Shown: positions 9,284 through 18,415, numbered from the stretch's first letter. The stretch: 64,000 bases of DNA from Verrucomicrobiales bacterium (GCA_041395145.1 JAWLBD010000002.1:39890-103889); one strand, 5' to 3'. Notes: generated by a model from the sequence alone, not told the origin. Numbers and translations are program-made.

Positions 9284-10747
9284 ATGAAACGCGATCCCTT
9301 CCTTTGCCCGATCCGGTCCGCCATCGCGGCGCTGTCCCTGTTGCTCACTATCGCGCTGGCGGGAACCGGCGGCGCCCAAGACAACGGCCAAGGCGCCGCG
9401 CCCGATCCCGACCCGGCGCCGAAACCCGCCGATGCCCCGGATCCCGCACCCGCACCAGAGGCGGAGCCAGCCGCACCAGAGGCAGAGCCGCCCGCCGAAG
9501 ACAAGCCCGGCCATGACGCCGATGGCGAACCGGAAGAAGAGACGAAGCCGGCGACGCCGGTCGAGGAAGACGATGGCTACGACGAGATCCGCGTCCTGAC
9601 CCGGGCGATCGAGACGATCCGCCGCAGCTATGTGGACGAGAAAAAAATCAGCTACAAAGATCTCGTCGATGCCGCGCTAGATGGGATGCTCCGCAGCCTG
9701 GACCCGCATTGCCAATACATGCACCGCCGGGTTTACGACCAGATGAAGGAAGACCAGGGCGGCACCTACGACGGCGTCGGCATCACGATCGCGCCGAAGG
9801 ACGATACGCTCACCGTGATCGCGGTGCGCGAGGACGGCCCCGCCGCGCGCGCCGGGTTGCTCTCCGGCGACCAGATCCTCAAGATCGGCGACATCTTGAC
9901 CGACAAAGTCGGCTTGGCGGAGGCGGGGCAGCTCCTGCGGGGCAAGCCGGGCGAGCCGCTCAACCTGACGATCCGGCGCCCGGCGACCAAGGAGGTGCTG
10001 GAAGTCGAGATGGTCCGCGAGGTCATCAAGGAAAGCTCGATCAAAGACGCCATGATGCTGCCCGAGCGCTACGCCGGCGGGCAGAAGATCGGCTACGCGC
10101 GCCTGCTCCAGTTCAACGCGCCCAGCGCCGGCGAGCTGGCCGACGCGCTGGACCGGCTGGAGGACGAGGGCATGGAGGCATTCGTGCTCGACCTGCGCAA
10201 CAACCCCGGCGGCCTGCTCAACACCGCCATCGACATCTGCGGCGAATTCGTCCCCGGCGGCACCACCATCGTCACCACCGAGGGGCGCGTCGATTCCCAG
10301 AACCCGCCGCCTTACCGGACCAACGAGCGCAAGCGCCGCGAGCGCACCTACCCGCTGGCGATCCTCGTCGATCACTCGAGCGCGTCCGCCTCGGAGGTCG
10401 TCTCCGGCGCGCTCCAGGACCTCAAGCGCGCCATCATCGTGGGCGAGACCACGTTCGGCAAAGGCTCGGTCCAGACCATCCTGCCGATGGAGGACGGCTC
10501 CGCCATGCGCCTGACCACCGCGAAATACTACACGCCTAGTAAGAAGACGATCCACGAGAAGGGCATCAGGCCCAACATCGTCGCCACCCTCACGCCGGAC
10601 GAGGCGAAGGACCTCGCCCGCTGGCGCAACCGCGAAAACATGGAGCCAAAGGAGCGCGCCAAACTCGAGCGCGACTTCCGCGACCGCCAGCTCGAGCGCG
10701 CCGCCGATGCGCTCAAGGCGGTGCTGGTCTATCAGGGGCTGGAGTGA
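9284..10747 (+). CDS. S41-family C-terminal processing (tail-specific) peptidase with a PDZ domain
   Basis: 487 aa with a signal peptide. PDZ block GITIAPKDDTLTVIAVREDGPAARAGLLSGDQILKIGD. S41 catalytic blocks FVLDLRNNPGGLL and ILVDHSSASASEVVSGALQDLKRAIIVGETTFGKGSVQ. Confidence 0.9.
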   Translation: MKRDPFLCPIRSAIAALSLLLTIALAGTGGAQDNGQGAAPDPDPAPKPADAPDPAPAPEAEPAAPEAEPPAEDKPGHDADGEPEEETKPATPVEEDDGYDEIRVLTRAIETIRRSYVDEKKISYKDLVDAALDGMLRSLDPHCQYMHRRVYDQMKEDQGGTYDGVGITIAPKDDTLTVIAVREDGPAARAGLLSGDQILKIGDILTDKVGLAEAGQLLRGKPGEPLNLTIRRPATKEVLEVEMVREVIKESSIKDAMMLPERYAGGQKIGYARLLQFNAPSAGELADALDRLEDEGMEAFVLDLRNNPGGLLNTAIDICGEFVPGGTTIVTTEGRVDSQNPPPYRTNERKRRERTYPLAILVDHSSASASEVVSGALQDLKRAIIVGETTFGKGSVQTILPMEDGSAMRLTTAKYYTPSKKTIHEKGIRPNIVATLTPDEAKDLARWRNRENMEPKERAKLERDFRDRQLERAADALKAVLVYQGLE

Positions 10748-10763
10748 ACCACCGATCAGAGCG

Positions 10764-10982
10764 ATGAGCGCCGCCTTTGCCCACAAGACCATCAAGTTTC
10801 CCGTCCCCTATGGATGGTTCGGCAAACAAGAGCTGGACCTCGCCGAGATCGAGCGTGCCTTGGACGAAGAGTCCCGCCAAGGCTGGGAACTCGTCTCCCT
10901 CACACCAGTGACGAGCGTCCAAATTGTTGGGGTGACTGCTTTCCTGCTCGCCGTCCTGCGTCGCCCGCTGCCCGATGCATGA
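10764..10982 (+). CDS. DUF4177-like small protein
   Basis: The in-frame ATG at 10764 gives MSAAFAHKTIKFPVPYGWFGKQELDLAEIERALDEESRQGWELVSLTPV... plus a C-terminal hydrophobic tail. This pattern is typical of DUF4177. The stop overlaps the next ATG. Confidence 0.55.
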   Translation: MSAAFAHKTIKFPVPYGWFGKQELDLAEIERALDEESRQGWELVSLTPVTSVQIVGVTAFLLAVLRRPLPDA

Positions 10983-11485
10983 TGACGCCGCCAAACATCG
11001 ACCTCCCGACCGAAGCCGCCCACATCCTCGAAGCCGCGAAGCGCGGCTATCTCACGGCGGAGGCGATCCGCGCGTGGGCGGACCGGATGATCGCCGCGCT
11101 CGATGTCCCGCCCCATTGGCTGATCGAAGTCGCCACGCTGCCCGGCGAACGGCTCTCCGCTTTTGTCGATTACCTATCGCCAGAGGCGGGCGATCTGCCA
11201 GCCAGCGAGCAACTCAAGATTACGCTCGCCGAATTCCGCGCTGGCCGGCTGGCGTTTGGCGACACAATCCGGGTGAGTTTCGAAATCATGGTGGGTGATT
11301 TTGAAGCGCCGAATTGGGGGGAGCCGGACGATTTCCCAGATGCGCTCGCCGCTCTGCTGGTCGAATGGGATTGCAGCCCCGACTTCCCAGAATTTTCGGA
11401 GGATTTTCAAATGCGGTGCGAGGCGGTCTTCGCAGCGCTCCTTGATGCGGGCGAGGACAGCGGATCTCTAAACCCGGCGGGATAG
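10979..11485 (+). CDS. Hypothetical acidic protein (168 aa)
   Basis: ATGATG at 10979 overlaps the preceding stop (translational coupling). Coding-like composition (MMTPPNIDLPTEAAHILEAAKRGYLTAEAIRAWADRMIAAL...). No family recognised. Confidence 0.5.
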   Translation: MMTPPNIDLPTEAAHILEAAKRGYLTAEAIRAWADRMIAALDVPPHWLIEVATLPGERLSAFVDYLSPEAGDLPASEQLKITLAEFRAGRLAFGDTIRVSFEIMVGDFEAPNWGEPDDFPDALAALLVEWDCSPDFPEFSEDFQMRCEAVFAALLDAGEDSGSLNPAG

Positions 11486-11516
11486 ATGAAACGGCACGCC
11501 TTCGAAGAAAAAAGTC

Positions 11517-11777
11517 GGCTTCGCCGTTCGGTCGGATGATCGGCAAGATGCCGATGCTACCTGCTGCCGCCGCGCCGTCAGCTGAACCCCACCATCAGTC
11601 AGCCTCTGCGACCCTTCCTCCCTATGCGTTTAGACTGATTGCGATAAAGTCGTGCGGGAAAACGCCCGCCCGAAACCGGCGCGTGCCGACAGGGTTGCGC
11701 AACAGGTCAACTTGATTACGCTCGAACGGGCTTTCGCCTCGCCGCGTAGCGGCGGTTGAACCACGGGTTCTCCGGGA
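11517..11777. repeat. Direct duplication, copy 1: 110-bp flank plus the left half of a MITE-like element (TIR at 11626-11649), lacking a 66-bp internal module
   Basis: Near-identical to 12021-12348 apart from a few substitutions or indels and the absence of the 66 bp that lie between two CCGCCGCGTAGCGGCGGTTGA repeats in copy 2. It diverges after CTCCGGGA. Confidence 0.85.
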
Positions 11778-12020
11778 GGAACGCCCTCCGAGGCCCGCCG
11801 ATTACCCGCAGACGCCGCGAAAATGGCAGCCCTGAAAGGGCGCGATTCGATAGCCCAGGGCAACGCCCTGGGTTCCCCCCGACCTCAGAAGCCCAGCAGC
11901 CCTGAAGGGGCGTCCTAACTCGGCGGTTTTCGCGCGAGGACTCAAGTCTCCCTTCCGCTTGCGGGCAGGATCAAGTTGCTAAGTTCGCTATCTCCAGGAC
12001 GAAACCTGAAGCATTAAGCA

Positions 12021-12348
12021 GGCTTCGCCGTTCGGTCGGATGATCGGCAAGATGCCGATGCTACCCTGCCGCCGCCGCGCCGTCAGCTAAACCCCACCAT
12101 CAGTCAGCCTCTGCGCCCCTTCCTCCCTATGCGTTTAGACTGATTGCGATAAAGTCGTGCGGGGAAAACGCCCGCCCGAAACCGGCGCGTGCCGACAGGG
12201 TTGCGCAACAGGTCAACTTGATTACGCTCTGACGGGCTCTGCCTCGCCGCGTAGCGGCGGTTGATCTGTAGCCCAGCCTTCAAGGCTGGGTGATACGAGC
12301 GGAAAATTACCGCCGCGTAGCGGCGGTTGAACCACGGGTTCTCCGGGA
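12021..12348. repeat. Direct duplication, copy 2 (overlaps the complete MITE-like element)
   Basis: GGCTTCGCCGTTCGGTCGGATGATCGGCAAGATGCCGATGCTACC...TATGCGTTTAGACTGATTGCGATAAAGTCGTGCGG... is repeated from 11517 onward. Confidence 0.85.
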
Positions 12349-12535
12349 CCGCCAGCCACCGGCTCAATCGTCGCGACGCGACGGCGGCACGGTCACGTGG
12401 GGAGGGACCCGACCCTGAAGGACCGGGCTACAAGTCGGCCGCCGCTACGCGGCGGATTCCTTCAAATCGCTCTATCCGTTCGCCCGCGCTTTCTGCGATA
12501 GGAGCAGATCCTTTTTGCGATCAGTCTAAATGCGC
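12131..12535. mobile_element. MITE-like non-autonomous element (about 405 bp) with 24-bp terminal inverted repeats
   Basis: Left end GCGTTTAGACTGATTGCGATAAAG (12131-12154); right end CTTTTTGCGATCAGTCTAAATGCGC (12511-12535) is its inverted complement. The interior is built of hairpin modules. The full length aligns by eye, in inverse orientation, at roughly three quarters identity with 56944-57339. No ORF of transposase size. Confidence 0.7.
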
Positions 12536-12662
12536 GCCGCCTGGCTGGCTGGCCCCCGCCTATTTTGAACCGCAGAGGATCGAAGGGGCGAAGAGGACGG
12601 TAGGGTAAAAGGTCTGACCCGAATGGTGGGCAGAAGATTTGGGGCAGCACGATGGGCTTTAC

Positions 12663-13022
12663 TTACACAATCAGGTGAAGTCTAACCAAGCGAAGGCGAA
12701 GCTGGGGGAAGTGCCCACTCTCCTCAGCGTAGGAAAGGAAGATCGCGCCGCACTTAGGACAGGACAAGACCACCGCCTCAGTCTGGGGATAATAACTCAA
12801 GGCAATCGGGTATTCGGTGTCCCAATAGTTTTTGCCAGAAAATTGAACCTTCTCGAACGACCTGCCATTCGCAGGGGCTTCAAGTGCTCCCAACACTTCC
12901 AGCCCCTTCATGACTTCGGCAGGAGCATCGCTCCATGCGCTGAATCTTTCCCCATGGCACCGGCAGTTCTTTTTACTCGAAACCCAATCTTCTACCAACG
13001 CAGAGAAGTCATATGAATTCAT
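12663..13022 (-). CDS. Hypothetical Cys-containing small protein in a lower-GC patch
   Basis: ORF 12663..13064; the likely start is MNSYDFSALVEDW at 13022. It contains CRCH ... CPKC. The segment 12.64-13.07 kb is visibly lower in GC (about 50%) and lies between the MITE cluster and the LRR gene. Confidence 0.45.
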   Translation of the reverse strand: MNSYDFSALVEDWVSSKKNCRCHGERFSAWSDAPAEVMKGLEVLGALEAPANGRSFEKVQFSGKNYWDTEYPIALSYYPQTEAVVLSCPKCGAIFLSYAEESGHFPQLRLRLVRLHLIV

Positions 13023-13070
13023 CGCTACGGCAAATTCGAAGCCCTTACCACCAATCGGCACCAAAAACCC

Positions 13071-13880
13071 TCACTCGTGCAGCCGGACGCCGAGGCTTTT
13101 CAGCTCCTCGCGCTGGGCGTCGGGCACCGGGTTGCCGCGCAGGTAGAGGCGGAGGAATTGGCGGTAGCGCCCTTCGGCGTCGGACTTTGCCCATTCGATG
13201 ATCGGTCCGAGGTCGGCGATCTTGTTGTCGCGCAGGTTGATGAAATCGACGCCGCGCGGCAGCTTGAACGAGGCGAGCGAATCGATCCCGGTTTCGTTGA
13301 GGCTGAGCGAGGTGAGCCAGCCGAGCGTCTCGATGGGCTGGAGGTTTTTGAGCGGGTTTTTGCCGACGCTGAGCGTCCAGAGTTTCGGCAGGTTTTCGAC
13401 CGGCTTGAGGTCCTCGATCTTGTTGCCGCCGAGGTAGAGCGAGTTGAGCGCCTTGAGGTTGGCGACCGCGCCGATATCGGCGACCTGGTTGTTTTCGAGG
13501 TTGATGTATTGCAGCGCCGGGCACTCGCCGAGCGGTTCGATGCTCCCGATCTTATTGCCCGACAGGGTGAGCGACTGGAGCTTTTTCAATCCGCGCAGCG
13601 GCGAGAGATCGGCAATCTCATTGTCCGGCAGTTCGAGCAGGGCGAGCTGCGGGCACTTCTCCAGCCCCTTCAGGCTCTTGATCCCGGAGCCTTTGAGCGA
13701 GCTGACCGTCGAGATGTTCGCCACGTCCGCCTCGGTCAGCGGCTCCGCCTTGCCCCGCTTCTCAAAGACCTGCTGCCGCACGACCGCCTCCAGCGCCTTG
13801 TCGGGAAAAAGATCCTCGGCAGAGGCGGCGGCGGCGGAGCCCATCACGGCGGCGAATAAGGTGATCGCGAATCGGTTCAT
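13071..13880 (-). CDS. Secreted leucine-rich repeat (internalin-like LRR) protein
   Basis: 269 aa with a signal peptide MNRFAITLFAAVMGSAAAASA. About eight 22-aa repeats of the LxxLxLxxNxIxDLxPL type (LALLELPDNEIADLSPLRGLKKLQSLTLSGNKIGSIEPL...). Confidence 0.85.
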   Translation of the reverse strand: MNRFAITLFAAVMGSAAAASAEDLFPDKALEAVVRQQVFEKRGKAEPLTEADVANISTVSSLKGSGIKSLKGLEKCPQLALLELPDNEIADLSPLRGLKKLQSLTLSGNKIGSIEPLGECPALQYINLENNQVADIGAVANLKALNSLYLGGNKIEDLKPVENLPKLWTLSVGKNPLKNLQPIETLGWLTSLSLNETGIDSLASFKLPRGVDFINLRDNKIADLGPIIEWAKSDAEGRYRQFLRLYLRGNPVPDAQREELKSLGVRLHE

Positions 13881-13993
13881 GCCCGGAGCATAGGGTTGCA
13901 GAAGGCGGGGTCAAGGGAGCGGCGAGGCGCGGCCGCCTGCCGATGCTTGCGGGGAACCCTTGAGAAATTTTACCGGATCCCCCAGATTGCCCC

Positions 13994-14316
13994 ATGGGAC
14001 CCACCGCCGAAATCGCGATCACAGGCACATCCGCCGAAGATTTAAAAGTCCAACTCCATGAGCTGCCCGAGCGGGTCTGCCGCGAAGTTCGCGCGACGCG
14101 GAAGGGGAATTTTGGGAGGTCCGGATCGATGGCAAAGAAGCCACCGAGGCGAGCCCATTCACCATTTCACTGGGGCACCTTCAATGCGCCTCCGACCGCG
14201 CGAAGATCGAGATCGCCGCAGGCTGCAATTCGCCGGGAGATTGGCAAATCCTTCGGGAATTGGTCGCGACGATCACAGCGGCGTTCGGCGGCGAGTCGGG
14301 CGGACCGGAAAAATAG
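13994..14316 (+). CDS. Small hypothetical protein with an apparent frameshift near 14105-14118
   Basis: MGPTAEIAITGTSAEDLKVQLHELPERVCREVRATRKGNFG (frame of 13994) continues plausibly in the +1 frame as EVRIDGKEATEASPFTISLGHLQCASDRAKIEIAAGCNSPGDWQILRELVATITAAFGGESGGPEK, with the stop at 14314-14316. The switch lies at the GGGG/TTTT/GGG runs. Confidence 0.4.
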
Positions 14317-14371
14317 AGGGTTCGCCGAACAATCCGTTGCGGGCGCTCGCGCCTTCCGCAGAGGTTTGCCC

Positions 14372-14776
14372 ATGCACATCATCCACCACGAACAGGCCAT
14401 GTTCTACGACACCGATGCCGGGGGCGTGATCCACAACCTCGCCTACCTGCGCATGATCGAGGCGGCGCGCACGAGGCTGGCGGCGAAGCTGGGCATGGGG
14501 CTGCGCGAGATGGCGGAAAGCGGCGTCTTCGCGGTCGTCTGCCGGACGGAGATCGATTACCGGCGCCCCGGCGTGCTGGCCGACGACCTGGAGATCCGCG
14601 GGTGGCTGGACGAGGTGGGGCGGGCGCGCTTCTGGTGCCGGTTCGAGGTCTTCCGCCCGAGCGACGGATGCGTGCTGGCCGCCGCGCGGCAGTCGCTGGC
14701 GCTGGTCAAGATGCCGGAGGGCAAGCCGGTCCGGCTGCCGGACGGGTTCGGGGCGGACTTGCTGGCGGAGGGGTAG
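14372..14776 (+). CDS. YbgC/FadM-type acyl-CoA thioesterase (4HBT hotdog fold)
   Basis: The internal ATG at 14372 gives MHIIHHEQAMFYDTDAGGVIHNLAYLRMIEAARTRLAAKLG...AVVCRTEIDYRRPGVLADDLEIRGW, the classic 4HBT pattern. Confidence 0.85.
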   Translation: MHIIHHEQAMFYDTDAGGVIHNLAYLRMIEAARTRLAAKLGMGLREMAESGVFAVVCRTEIDYRRPGVLADDLEIRGWLDEVGRARFWCRFEVFRPSDGCVLAAARQSLALVKMPEGKPVRLPDGFGADLLAEG

Positions 14777-14822
14777 CGCGATTCCGGTTGGCCGCGCCGA
14801 GGGGGCGGATCATAATCTCGCT

Positions 14823-17555
14823 ATGATCGACCTCGCCGCTGCCGCCAATCTTGGGCGGGCGCTGTTCCTGCTCTGGGCAGGCATCGCCGCCCTCCCCTGC
14901 AATGCCACTACCGCGCGGGAGCACGAGGAGCAGGAAAAGCTACGCGCCGTGCTGGGTCTCCGCGATGTTCCTGGCGCGGCGCGCCTCCTTCGCGAGAATG
15001 TGGCGATCGAGGATTCGCTCCGGCAGTTGTTTTCGGCCAGCAATGACGAGCCGAGTTATTGCGCCAGCGTTTTGGTATTGGCGCTCAGCGCGGAGAACTA
15101 CGATCCGGCGGTGGTCACCAACCTGCTGCCCGGCTATCTTTCGATCCAAGACCAGAAACTCCTCTGGGACCGCATCTCGGAAAAGGTCGACGAGGATCCG
15201 CAACCGGCCATCGGATACCTCAATGCGCTCGGCATGCTCTACCTGAGCCAGCGCGAACCGCCACCCGAGGTGCTCGCCGAGCTGGCGAAAGGTCAGACGG
15301 GAGCTTTTGATCCGAGGGAACTCCAGCGGGCCAAAGCGACCGAGCTTTTCAAGCGGGTCCTCGAGCGCCAGCCAGGCGAGCCGGGCGCCCTCATCGGGAT
15401 GGCCATCGCCGAATCGCAGGGCGACCACCGCGGACTCCCCAAGGAGGCGCGCGACACGTGGCTGAAGGCGCTGGAGAAGACGGGGGCCCTCATTTTCACG
15501 CAAGAGACCTGGTGGAAGATTTCGCTCGATCTCACCGATGCCGAAGACGCCCGGCGATTGCTCGAAGCGGTGAAAGATACGCGCTCCGCCTTATACTATC
15601 CGGCTGATCCGGACATGCCTCTGGAGGTCTGCGTCGAGGCCTTCCGCAAAATCGCGGCGATCGATTTCGAGATCGCGCTGGAGAAGTTTGGGACCCGCCT
15701 GCAGCGGAGGGGCGAGGATCCGCTGCGGCAGGCGCTCATCCAAGTCTTCGAGGCCGAGCCGGGGCTGCTCGAAAGCCGGGCCGTCCAATCCTTTGTGTTC
15801 GAGCTGCTAGATGAGGCGGTCGACTCCGGGGATCCGGCGTGGGCCAAGCCGCTCTTCGAGCGCTTTCCGCCTGCGTTTTGGACCGACGAAAAGACTGGCC
15901 GGGTCGATGATAGGGGGCGCCGCCGGTTCATGGAGATGCTGGGGAAAGCCGGGCTGGATGCCATCGCCTACCGCCACCTGCCGAAGCCAAAAAATGCGGC
16001 GGAATGGTCCAGCCTGACCTATGATCTGATCCGGGCGGAAAATGCCGAGCGGTTCCAGGCGGCCGTCGCGCAGGCGCCCGAACTCCAGGTCGATCTGACC
16101 GGCTTTGTGCGAAAATACACCAATGACTTTCTGGTCTGCAAGGATGCCACGATCGTGGCGATCGCCGCCGGCATCTTGTCGAGGGATCTGGACTCCGAAA
16201 AACCGCTCGACGACCGGCATCTCGCGATCCTATGGCGCGGGGACCGCGAGACCTGCGGGCGGGCGGTCTCCCAGCTCGCCAAGCGCGGCGAGGGAAGGTC
16301 GATCGCCGCGGCGGTCACCTCCTACCTCTGCCGCCTCGGCATGCCCGGCGAAGCCCGGCAGTATTTCCGCCGCTTCGAAGCGCCTGCCATGTTGGATCGC
16401 GAGGAGGGCCGCGTCCGCTCCGAAACCATGGAAGGCATCTTGAAGGGCGCGCTGAACGCCGGCGACTATTCCCTCGCCGTGCGCGCGGCCACCGAGTTGG
16501 GCCGTATTATGGAGGCGGAATGGCGCTACGCGGATTTCAAGGATTTGGGAGCGGCGGGGCGGAGGGATAGTTCGCCCGACCTGGGCTTGAAGCTGCTTGC
16601 CCTCGCCGGGCGGTCCGAGAGCTATCTCGATGTGATGCGCCTGCGCCGCCTGGAAAGCGAAAGGAGTGTCGCCGGTCGCCAAAACCAGACGCCGCAGGCG
16701 CAAGCCACCTTGCTGGAAGGCGTGGCCGACACCTTTCGCGCGCCCTTTGAGTTGGAAAAGTTCGGGGCGGATGCGGTGCTCGTCCCGGTCGAAGGCGGAG
16801 CCGAGCTCTATTGGACGCTGCCTTATCTGGGCGGAACCCCGGCGAAAGTCGAGGCCGCCTGGGCTGAACCGAACTACCTCCCCTCGCCGATCGCTTTGAT
16901 CGAAGAAGCGCCGACGCTCGGCTCCCAAGTATTTCTCGGACCGCGCCCGGAACTCGAGCCAGACCCCGAGAAGCAGGCCAAAGAAAAGAAATCCGCCGGA
17001 GCCTACCGCGTCGCGCTGAGCGGACCAGAGGGTGCCACCGAGGTGGAGCGGACCGGCTTCTGCCCTGAAGCTCCCGCGGGATCGAAGCTGGTCACGCTCG
17101 ACCTCGCCGCCGCAGCGGCGGCGGAGGCGAGCGGTGTCTCGGTCAAGCCGCTGCCCGCCGGCTTCATCGCGCCGCCGGGCAGCCTGTCCCTGATCTTCGA
17201 CGACGCCCCGGTCGAGTCGCTCACCTTGCCGAAGATCCCGGTCGAAGCGCTCGTAGCCGCGGAAGGGGTGACCGCCCTCACCTGCACCTGGCATCTGTCG
17301 GCTCCACGCCTTTGGCTGAACTTTCTCGATGCGGAAGGGATGGAGATCAGCCGCGCAGAACTAAAGCATGGGCGCGGCCCGTGGCACCTCCATCGCTCGA
17401 TGACCCGCCTCCCCGAAGGCGTGAAATTCGTCAGCGTCACGATCGAGTTCTCACGCTTTCTGAGCCGGGAGGAAGAATTCGGTCCCGCGTCCACCGGGGG
17501 GCTTATCGTCAGCCCGGTCCGCCTGTTCCCGTGGGTCGGCCCGACGCCGGACTAG
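14823..17555 (+). CDS. Large (910 aa) hypothetical protein with an N-terminal hydrophobic segment, a helical-repeat-like N-terminal two thirds and an unknown C-terminal region
   Basis: Uninterrupted 2.7 kb ORF with coding-like composition. I recognise no conserved catalytic motif. Confidence 0.7.
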   Translation: MIDLAAAANLGRALFLLWAGIAALPCNATTAREHEEQEKLRAVLGLRDVPGAARLLRENVAIEDSLRQLFSASNDEPSYCASVLVLALSAENYDPAVVTNLLPGYLSIQDQKLLWDRISEKVDEDPQPAIGYLNALGMLYLSQREPPPEVLAELAKGQTGAFDPRELQRAKATELFKRVLERQPGEPGALIGMAIAESQGDHRGLPKEARDTWLKALEKTGALIFTQETWWKISLDLTDAEDARRLLEAVKDTRSALYYPADPDMPLEVCVEAFRKIAAIDFEIALEKFGTRLQRRGEDPLRQALIQVFEAEPGLLESRAVQSFVFELLDEAVDSGDPAWAKPLFERFPPAFWTDEKTGRVDDRGRRRFMEMLGKAGLDAIAYRHLPKPKNAAEWSSLTYDLIRAENAERFQAAVAQAPELQVDLTGFVRKYTNDFLVCKDATIVAIAAGILSRDLDSEKPLDDRHLAILWRGDRETCGRAVSQLAKRGEGRSIAAAVTSYLCRLGMPGEARQYFRRFEAPAMLDREEGRVRSETMEGILKGALNAGDYSLAVRAATELGRIMEAEWRYADFKDLGAAGRRDSSPDLGLKLLALAGRSESYLDVMRLRRLESERSVAGRQNQTPQAQATLLEGVADTFRAPFELEKFGADAVLVPVEGGAELYWTLPYLGGTPAKVEAAWAEPNYLPSPIALIEEAPTLGSQVFLGPRPELEPDPEKQAKEKKSAGAYRVALSGPEGATEVERTGFCPEAPAGSKLVTLDLAAAAAAEASGVSVKPLPAGFIAPPGSLSLIFDDAPVESLTLPKIPVEALVAAEGVTALTCTWHLSAPRLWLNFLDAEGMEISRAELKHGRGPWHLHRSMTRLPEGVKFVSVTIEFSRFLSREEEFGPASTGGLIVSPVRLFPWVGPTPD

Positions 17556-17587
17556 CTAATATCTTCCGTGCCCCGCGATCCAAGCGC

Positions 17588-18217
17588 CTATTCCTCCAGC
17601 GGGAGCGGGAGCAGGCAGCCGACCGCATCCGTGCGCGGCGTCGGCACGGGCTGGCCGGCGAGGATCGCATCGAGGGCGGCGCGCAGATCGCGCTCGCTGG
17701 GTTCGGCGCGGCGGACGCCGAGTTCCGCGAATTGGTCGTCGATGCGCCCGCGGTAGGCGAGATCGCCGCCCGGCAGATAGACGGCGGCCTCCGGCGTGAT
17801 CGTCGCCCCGGCGAAGTCCGCCAGCTCGTGGCGGCGGTCGAAAACCTGGGCGACGGATTCGAGCGAATATTCCTTGGCGTGGGCGCGCGCGACCTCGGCG
17901 GTCAGGTCGGGATCGACTTGGGCGAGCGTGAACCTGATGCCGCGCGGGGCGTATTCTTTGGCGATGGCGGCGATCTCCGGCGCGTAGCCGTTGGCGATCG
18001 GGCAATCGGTCGTCGTAAAGATGATGCAGGCCGCCTTATCGCCCTCCCCGCAGACGGTCGGCTCGCGCGATACCCCGTCGAGATCTAGCAGGCTCAGTGC
18101 GGCATCGGCAGCTGGCGGGCCGGGATCGCGCGCCGGATCGGGGGGCGCAGATTCGCAGCAGGCGGCAAGCGCCAGCGCGGCGAGCAGTGGGAGGAATCGC
18201 GGGACATCGGCATTCAT
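17588..18217 (-). CDS. Thioredoxin-fold (redoxin/AhpC-TSA/SCO1-like) lipoprotein-like protein
   Basis: ORF 17588..18277; the likely start is MNADVPRFLPLLAALALAACC (18217). The block ACIIFTTTDCPIANGYAPEIAAIAKEYAPRGIRFTLAQVD...TPEAAVYLPGGDLAYRGRIDD resembles single-Cys redoxin-domain proteins. Confidence 0.6.
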   Translation of the reverse strand: MNADVPRFLPLLAALALAACCESAPPDPARDPGPPAADAALSLLDLDGVSREPTVCGEGDKAACIIFTTTDCPIANGYAPEIAAIAKEYAPRGIRFTLAQVDPDLTAEVARAHAKEYSLESVAQVFDRRHELADFAGATITPEAAVYLPGGDLAYRGRIDDQFAELGVRRAEPSERDLRAALDAILAGQPVPTPRTDAVGCLLPLPLEE

Positions 18218-18415
18218 CTCCGCACTATGGGCCACCTCGCCGGGATTTCGAAGGCGGATTCCGCCCCCCAGCCGCAAATGCCGCAGGCGTGAGCGAGCGG
18301 CACGCGACCTCCCCCGATCGGCGGGTCGGAGCCACCGCGGCAGCGGTAGATTTTCTAAATCGTCTTTCGGGACACCGATCTTCCGCTATGCTGGACAAAG
18401 CGATCCCCAAATACC

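Noticed and set aside
11517-12650. Possible CRISPR array, because of the repeated sequence.
   Set aside because: The repeats are 260-330 bp long and only two copies are present. There is no regular 25-40 bp repeat/spacer periodicity and no cas genes in the window.
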